A stretch of 31,989 nucleotides of DNA from Candidatus Krumholzibacteriia bacterium. GTDB lineage: Bacteria > Krumholzibacteriota > Krumholzibacteriia > WVZY01. Both the position numbers and the translations under genes were made by a program. Below are positions 26,882-31,989 of the stretch, one piece after another. The DNA lies in contig JAZGDW010000262.1 in the NCBI GenBank assembly GCA_036478295.1, positions 1-31,989 of the forward strand. The letters are read 5' to 3'. The notes below the pieces were generated by a model that was not told the DNA's origin, made no database searches, and was given only the letters and a program-made list of their open reading frames with translations. Positions within the stretch are counted from its first letter, which is position 1. Every line of letters starts with the position of its first letter.

Positions 26882-28006
26882 ATGACCAAGAACAAAAGCC
26901 ATGCAGAACTAATGAAAACGCTCAAGCCCGGAGAACGGTATTTCTTAGGGGCTGGGATCTTCGCCAGGCGGACAAAGACCGGGGTTACCTATGGGATCTC
27001 TTACAAGTTTGACGGAACGGTCATACGCGAGATGGTCGGCACCAGGACGGATGCAAAACTGGAGCTCGCAAATAGACGTGTCGATATAAGCGAGGGCCGC
27101 AACCCGCGCCCCAAGAGGGCGCCCCTGTTTAGGGACTTCGCCAACGAATACTTGGAGTGGTCAAAGGATAACAAGCGGTCCTGGAGGCGCGACAAGACAA
27201 TCCTTCAACACCTGCGGGCTAGGTTCGACAACAAGCGCCTCGACCAGATCCAAACCAAGGACGTGCAAGACTTCATAGCAAACCGCGCCAAGGAATTCAC
27301 ACCCACAGGGAAAAGGGTTTCGCCGCGAACGGTCAACCTCGAGCGGTCATGTCTGCGGCGCATGTTTTCACTAGCACTTTTCTGGAAGCGCCTAGACCCA
27401 AGCCGGTACACCAACCCCGTAAACCGGGGAGCGAAACCAAGGACGGAAACATCAAAGCCCCGGCGCGTCTTGACCAGGGACGAGGAGACCAGGTTGCTTG
27501 CAGCTGCAAAGCCGTACCTGCAGCAGATAATCACCTTTGGTCTGCATACGGGCATGCGGCCCGGGCAGATTATGGCGCTCAAGTGGTCGGCTATTGACTG
27601 GAAAACGAATACGATTACCGCCGGCCCGATGACCGACGAGGACTTGGAATCCGGGCACCACAAAAACGAGGCAAACCCGATCGTCCCCATAACTGCGAGA
27701 CTGGCGCGCCTCTTAAACGAGCTTCCGAGATGTTCCGTATTTGTGTTCACCCGAGATGGGAAGCCGATTAAGTGCTATAGGCGGCCTTTTTCTAGGGCGG
27801 TCAAGGCGGCCGGTATCAAGTACGCGAGCCCGCACTCAACCCGACATACCTTTTGCACCAGGCAGCTGATAGATTGCGGGACGGATCTAAAAACCGTCAT
27901 GGAAATGGTGGGCCATAAGCACATCAGCACGACGCAGAAATACCTACACACGAACGAGGAGTACAAGCGCGAAGCCCAGCGGCGCTATGATGAGCTTTTC
28001 GGGTAG
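26882..28006 (+). CDS. int: Tyrosine recombinase / phage-type integrase
   Basis: N-terminal arm-binding-like region, SAM-like domain (SPRTVNLERSCLRRMF), catalytic TGMR, HSTRH, VGH and TTQKY; AAGGAG RBS. Confidence 0.95.
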   Translation: MTKNKSHAELMKTLKPGERYFLGAGIFARRTKTGVTYGISYKFDGTVIREMVGTRTDAKLELANRRVDISEGRNPRPKRAPLFRDFANEYLEWSKDNKRSWRRDKTILQHLRARFDNKRLDQIQTKDVQDFIANRAKEFTPTGKRVSPRTVNLERSCLRRMFSLALFWKRLDPSRYTNPVNRGAKPRTETSKPRRVLTRDEETRLLAAAKPYLQQIITFGLHTGMRPGQIMALKWSAIDWKTNTITAGPMTDEDLESGHHKNEANPIVPITARLARLLNELPRCSVFVFTRDGKPIKCYRRPFSRAVKAAGIKYASPHSTRHTFCTRQLIDCGTDLKTVMEMVGHKHISTTQKYLHTNEEYKREAQRRYDELFG

Positions 28007-28054
28007 GGTGGCGGGGATCGCGGGCCGGCCTTCGCGGATTGTCACTGACCCGAA

Positions 28055-28336
28055 TTAGGTCGTTCGATCCTTAATCCAGTAGATAATGTCGGCTAAGGTG
28101 TGGTCTACAATTAGTTGGCCCTTAGCATAGTTCGATAGGTTCTCATCAGTGAAAACAAAGTCCTTTTGGCCGTCGCCTGCGAACACACGAAGTCGATATT
28201 TCGGCTCGTAACTCTTCAATCTATCAACCCAAATCAGCTTGTCTTTGTCGATCGCGGTTTCATAACGGATACGATCCAACACCCTCTTTGCACCCTCCTT
28301 GCGTTTCTCTAGATTCTTATTCAAATTTATAGGCAT
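28055..28336 (-). CDS. Hypothetical protein (93 aa)
   Basis: GGGAGGA RBS before ATG 28336; AT-rich; convergent with the integrase gene. Confidence 0.7.
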   Translation of the reverse strand: MPINLNKNLEKRKEGAKRVLDRIRYETAIDKDKLIWVDRLKSYEPKYRLRVFAGDGQKDFVFTDENLSNYAKGQLIVDHTLADIIYWIKDRTT

Positions 28337-28565
28337 AGCCAATCCTCCCTTTCTTCAAACTGTACCACTACCCCCAAAAACGGCAAGAAAGACTGAGACC
28401 GTACCACCACCCAATCCGTGGCACTTTTATGGCACACTACCGAACGCCAAAACGGTCATTTCTATTGAAAAAGTAGACTGACAAGAGAGCAGGGAAAGCA
28501 CCTAACGGGCTATAAAGAGAACAACTTTACTACCCCGCACCGACTTGGGCTCTATCGGCCTGTTA

Positions 28566-28578
28566 GTCTCAAAGAGCC
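28566..28578 (+). repeat. Right att core repeat, followed by the displaced MFS 3' end
   Basis: GTCTCAAAGAGCC, continuing in the MFS frame as LKEPRDHPPDEASD* (TAA at 28610-28612). Confidence 0.8.
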
Positions 28579-28735
28579 CCGAGACCACCCGCCTGACGAA
28601 GCTTCGGACTAATGAGCCATTATGTCATGCTGGTATGTCATGTCTGAAATCGTTTGCCTGGGAGCGGCACGGCGGCATAAGCCTAACCTATTTAATGATA
28701 GTCGATTCTAAAACTGGTCACCCTGCGGCGTGACT

Positions 28736-28751
28736 TGGCACCGCTTGTGCT
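28736..28751 (+). promoter_or_regulatory. Putative sigma-54 (-24/-12) promoter of the Hsp20 gene
   Basis: TGGCAC-cgctt-GTGCT, with GG-N10-GC spacing. Confidence 0.6.
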
Positions 28752-28825
28752 TTGTAAGTGGGCGTAGGCCGAGCGTTCTCGGCCGCACCAATGACACCGA
28801 AATTACACAACAGGAGGTAGGTGCG

Positions 28826-29248
28826 ATGTTCCTGACCAAGTACAGACCGACAAACGAACTGGAGTCCTTTTTCGACGAGAGTTTCTTTCCGTTTCTACGC
28901 AAGAGTGCAGACAGCGCCGAGTGTGAAGGCTTTCGCCTGCCCCGGACCAACGTCAATGAGGACGAGAAGAAATTCGTCCTGACCATGGAAATGCCGGGCG
29001 TGAAGAAGAGCGATATCAATGTTGCCATCGAGGACGATCAAATCGTCATCACCGGTGAGAAACAGGAGAAGACCGAGGACAAGGGTCTCCTCCGGCGCGA
29101 AATTCGCTCGGAGAAATTCCGCCGCAGCTTTCTCATTGATGCTTCGATCGACCGCGGCGGCATCAAGGCCAAGCTGGTCGACGGGATACTCGAGGTCACG
29201 CTGCCAAGGCGTGCCGAGAGTGTCGGCCGCAAGATTAGCGTGGACTAG
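28826..29248 (+). CDS. Hsp20/alpha-crystallin small heat-shock protein
   Basis: AGGAGG RBS; PRTNVNE, EMPGV, FRRSF and AKLVDGILEVTLP motifs. Confidence 0.95.
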   Translation: MFLTKYRPTNELESFFDESFFPFLRKSADSAECEGFRLPRTNVNEDEKKFVLTMEMPGVKKSDINVAIEDDQIVITGEKQEKTEDKGLLRREIRSEKFRRSFLIDASIDRGGIKAKLVDGILEVTLPRRAESVGRKISVD

Positions 29249-29274
29249 TCGGCCGGATCTGATCGGTTCCAAGG

Positions 29275-29309
29275 AGAGCCCGGGCTGTTGCCCGGGTTCT
29301 TTTTTTTTT
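29275..29309 (+). terminator. Rho-independent terminator
   Basis: AGAGCCCGGGC-tgtt-GCCCGGGTTCT followed by a T-run. Confidence 0.9.
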
Positions 29310-29520
29310 GCAGCCCCGTGGTCTGCGGAGTGATGGTCACGCGAAGCTCGAGCCGCGGTTGACCCGGCCGCGCATCCCCCACGTGTTCTACCCGGCGAAC
29401 CACGGCCGGGTTTTCGCTTGTCGGGTGTGGTCGATTTGGCTAAGGTATGATGACGCGACGTCCCCCGCCCGAGAACGCGAAACCAAGAATCCCCACCCCA
29501 GGAAATGGAGGCATTCCGGT

Positions 29521-30909
29521 ATGGCCCACGTCGAGAAAAGTATGTTCCGCGAGTACGATATTCGCGGCAAGGCGAATGACAAGGAGCTCAACCCGCGTAG
29601 CGGCAAGCTCATCGGCAAAGCCTACGGTACGTTTCTCGCCAGGCGCGACATCGAAGACGTCGTGGTCGGGTACGACAGCCGCACGGGATCCAAACCGGTG
29701 GAGGAAGGTTTCGTCGAGGGTTTGCTGTCGACGGGTCGCAACGTCATCAGAATTGGCCTGACCCTGACGCCCATGATGTACTGGTCGCAGTACCATTTCA
29801 GCGTTAAGGGCGGTGCAATGATAACGGGCAGCCACAATCCCAAGGACTGGACCGGGCTGAAGCTCGCCAGCGGCTTTTCCGCGACTCTCGTCGGCGACGA
29901 GATCCGTGAGATTCTCTCGTGTATCGAGGCGGAAGAGTTTGTGCGGGGTGAGGGTAACACCCGCGAAGAATCCATAACGGACCGCTACGTTTCAGATCTC
30001 GCCGGGCGCGTAAACATGGGGAAGCCGCTGCGCGTCGTGGTCGACGCGGGCAACGGCACGGCGGGCGCCTTCGGTCCCGACGTCCTCAGGCGGGCCGGGC
30101 TGCAAGTGATCGAACAGTTCTGTGACCTGGATCCGGAGTTCCCGAACCACGAGCCCGATCCCGCGCTCAAGGAAACCGTGGCCGCACTGGGAGCGCGCGT
30201 GCTCAGCGAAAAAGCGGACTTGGGCCTCGCGTTCGACGGCGACGGCGATCGCCTGGGCGTCGTCGACGAGAAGGGCAATGTCATCTGGCCGGATCGCTTC
30301 ATGATCCTGCTCTCGCGCCAGGTCCTCGAGAAGGAGCCCGGCGGCAAGATTGTTTTCGACGTGAAATGTTCACAGGCGCTCGAGGAAGACATTGCCGCGC
30401 ACGGTGGCATCCCCATCATGTGGAAAACAGGACACTCATACATCAAGGCCAAGCTGCACGAGGAAAAGGCGCTCCTTGCAGGCGAGATGAGCGGGCATAT
30501 TTTCTTCGTGGAAAACTATTACGGGTTCGACGACGGGATTTACACCGGCCTGCGCTTTGCCGAGTACGTGTCGCACCAGGACAAGCCGGTATCAAAAATC
30601 ATCGAGGAAACACCGTATTACGTCTCGACGCCTACGATCGACGTCGAGTGTGCGGACGACAAGAAATACGGAGTGGTGGAGAAGCTCACGCAAGAGCTGA
30701 AGAACGATTTTGAGAACGTAGTGGACATCAGCGGCGCGCGCGTGATGTTCGAGGACGGGTGGGGTCTGGTACGTGCCTCGTCGAACATGCCGATACTGGT
30801 GCTCCGTTTCGAGGCCAAGACGGAGGAGCGGTTGCAGGAGATCAAGGATCTGTTCCGCGGCTACATGGACAAGTACGAGGAGATAGGAAAGGTCTGGCAT
30901 AATGAGTAG
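29521..30909 (+). CDS. Phosphomannomutase/phosphoglucomutase
   Basis: FREYDIRG, TGSHNP, FDGDGDR, GEMSGH and VRASSN motifs; GGAGG RBS before ATG 29521. Confidence 0.96.
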   Translation: MAHVEKSMFREYDIRGKANDKELNPRSGKLIGKAYGTFLARRDIEDVVVGYDSRTGSKPVEEGFVEGLLSTGRNVIRIGLTLTPMMYWSQYHFSVKGGAMITGSHNPKDWTGLKLASGFSATLVGDEIREILSCIEAEEFVRGEGNTREESITDRYVSDLAGRVNMGKPLRVVVDAGNGTAGAFGPDVLRRAGLQVIEQFCDLDPEFPNHEPDPALKETVAALGARVLSEKADLGLAFDGDGDRLGVVDEKGNVIWPDRFMILLSRQVLEKEPGGKIVFDVKCSQALEEDIAAHGGIPIMWKTGHSYIKAKLHEEKALLAGEMSGHIFFVENYYGFDDGIYTGLRFAEYVSHQDKPVSKIIEETPYYVSTPTIDVECADDKKYGVVEKLTQELKNDFENVVDISGARVMFEDGWGLVRASSNMPILVLRFEAKTEERLQEIKDLFRGYMDKYEEIGKVWHNE

Positions 30910-31989
30910 TCGATGCAAGTGGCGGGCGAACCTGGCCCTGATATGCGCCGTGGCCTTGGGCGTGAGCGCCGAGAGCGCCTGCGCCCGGAAGCTACCCAAG
31001 GGCTACCAGAGTGAGAAGGCGACGCAGGAAATCCTGGACAAGACGCTCACCATCGTATTGATGCCGGAACTCGGTCACCTGGGCGAGGCCGAGAAGCGAA
31101 CCGTAAAGCTGCTGTTGCAAGTAGGCGACATGATGCAGACGCTCTACGAGCATTCGCTTCATCCCCAGGCGCTCGAGGCGTACGAAGAGTTGACAAGACT
31201 GGACATCGAACTCGGGCATCCGCCGGCCACGCAAGGCCTGTTGGACCTCTATCGGCTCTTCAAAGGCCCGGTGGGGCGTAATCTCGACGGCAAAGTGCGC
31301 GCGTTCCTCCCGGTCGACGAAAAGGCGCCCGGTCGAAACGTCTACCCGTGGGGCGTTAGCAAAGAAGAGTTGAATGGCTACCTTGCCGAGCACGGCGATG
31401 AGCGGTCATCGTTACTGCATACACGGAGCGTCGTGCGGCGGGTGACGACCGAGAACCTGCGCACGGACATCCGTACCATCGAGCGTTTTGGCATCGTCGA
31501 CGTTCTGCACCCGGGCCTGAGGGAGCGGCTCTCCGATCGGGTCGCCGCCGTCGATCAAGAGGGCTTCTACGCGGCGCCGTACAGCGTTGCCTACGCGCAC
31601 GATCTCATGGCCGTTTATGACAAGCTGCAGGAGGCCGCGTCGCTTATCGAGGAGACCGACATCGAGTTTGCGCGCTACCTCAGGCAGCGCGCCGTCGATT
31701 TGCTGCGCGACGATTACGAAGCCGGGGACGCCGCGTGGGTGACGGGCAGGTTCGGTAACTTGAACGCCCAGATCGGCTCCTACGAGACGTATGATGACGA
31801 GCTCTACGGTGTAAAAAGTTTCTTCGGCGTGAGCGTGCTCGTCAAAGACCCGGTCATGAGTTCTTCGCTTGCGACGGTGACGAAGTGGCTGCAGGAACTG
31901 GAGGACATCATGCCGTACGACCACCGCAAGAGCGTGCGCCAGGATATCCCCATCGGGGTTTACGAAGTAATCGCCGATTTCGGGCAGGC
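30902..31989 (+). CDS. Exported peptidase M49 / dipeptidyl-peptidase III-like protein (3' truncated by the window)
   Basis: Open frame from ATG 30902: signal peptide, RNVYPWG, PYSVAY, YLRQRAVDLLRDDYEAGDAAWV, IGSYETYDDELYGVKSFF. No stop in the window, so absent from the ORF track. Confidence 0.82.
   Translation, partial: MSSRCKWRANLALICAVALGVSAESACARKLPKGYQSEKATQEILDKTLTIVLMPELGHLGEAEKRTVKLLLQVGDMMQTLYEHSLHPQALEAYEELTRLDIELGHPPATQGLLDLYRLFKGPVGRNLDGKVRAFLPVDEKAPGRNVYPWGVSKEELNGYLAEHGDERSSLLHTRSVVRRVTTENLRTDIRTIERFGIVDVLHPGLRERLSDRVAAVDQEGFYAAPYSVAYAHDLMAVYDKLQEAASLIEETDIEFARYLRQRAVDLLRDDYEAGDAAWVTGRFGNLNAQIGSYETYDDELYGVKSFFGVSVLVKDPVMSSSLATVTKWLQELEDIMPYDHRKSVRQDIPIGVYEVIADFGQ

Larger units (their letters stand above)
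23137..28578. mobile_element. Tyrosine-integrase integrative element (~5.4 kb) inserted in the MFS gene 3' end
   Basis: Direct repeat GTCTCAAAGAGCC at 23137-23149 and 28566-28578; integrase gene; visibly AT-richer orphan genes; an in-frame alternative MFS ending after the right copy. Confidence 0.85.

Noticed and set aside
23137..28578. Prophage, ICE or integron
   Set aside because: No structural, replication or conjugation genes; no attC-like sites noticed between cargo genes, and the integrase looks phage-type rather than IntI-type.
29362..29411. Inverted repeat ACCCGGCCGCG/CACGGCCGGGT upstream of PMM/PGM
   Set aside because: Short, imperfect and GC-rich; no further support for a functional element.
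30992..31924. Minus-strand ORFs 30992-31393 and 31412-31924
   Set aside because: Antisense to the M49-like peptidase reading frame that starts at 30902.

Overview
GC-rich chromosomal region of a diderm bacterium. The C-terminal TWGxxKxxY-tailed secreted proteins suggest Ca. Krumholzibacteria/Latescibacterota or a relative (inference). Most of the window is housekeeping and envelope genes: ZIP transporter end, cutA, three small beta-barrel proteins, patatin, rtcB, an M3/M2-like peptidase, an ECF sigma/zinc anti-sigma/YbjQ trio, an MBL hydrolase, a Tyr-rich DUF4384-like protein, a tolQRAB-pal-cpoB cluster continuing into two CNNM genes and a DUF1611/epimerase pair, acpS, an MFS transporter, Hsp20, PMM/PGM and a partial M49-like peptidase. 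The standout is a ~5.4 kb tyrosine-integrase element (23137-28578) inserted into the last codons of the MFS gene. It is bounded by the 13-bp direct repeat GTCTCAAAGAGCC, and the displaced original MFS C-terminus is still readable after the right copy. The element encodes a 54-aa ribbon-helix-helix-like regulator missing from the ORF track, plus three dissimilar secreted proteins that share a C-terminal TTWGxxKxxY motif (candidate sorting signal). In one of the three, the motif lies beyond an in-frame TGA.
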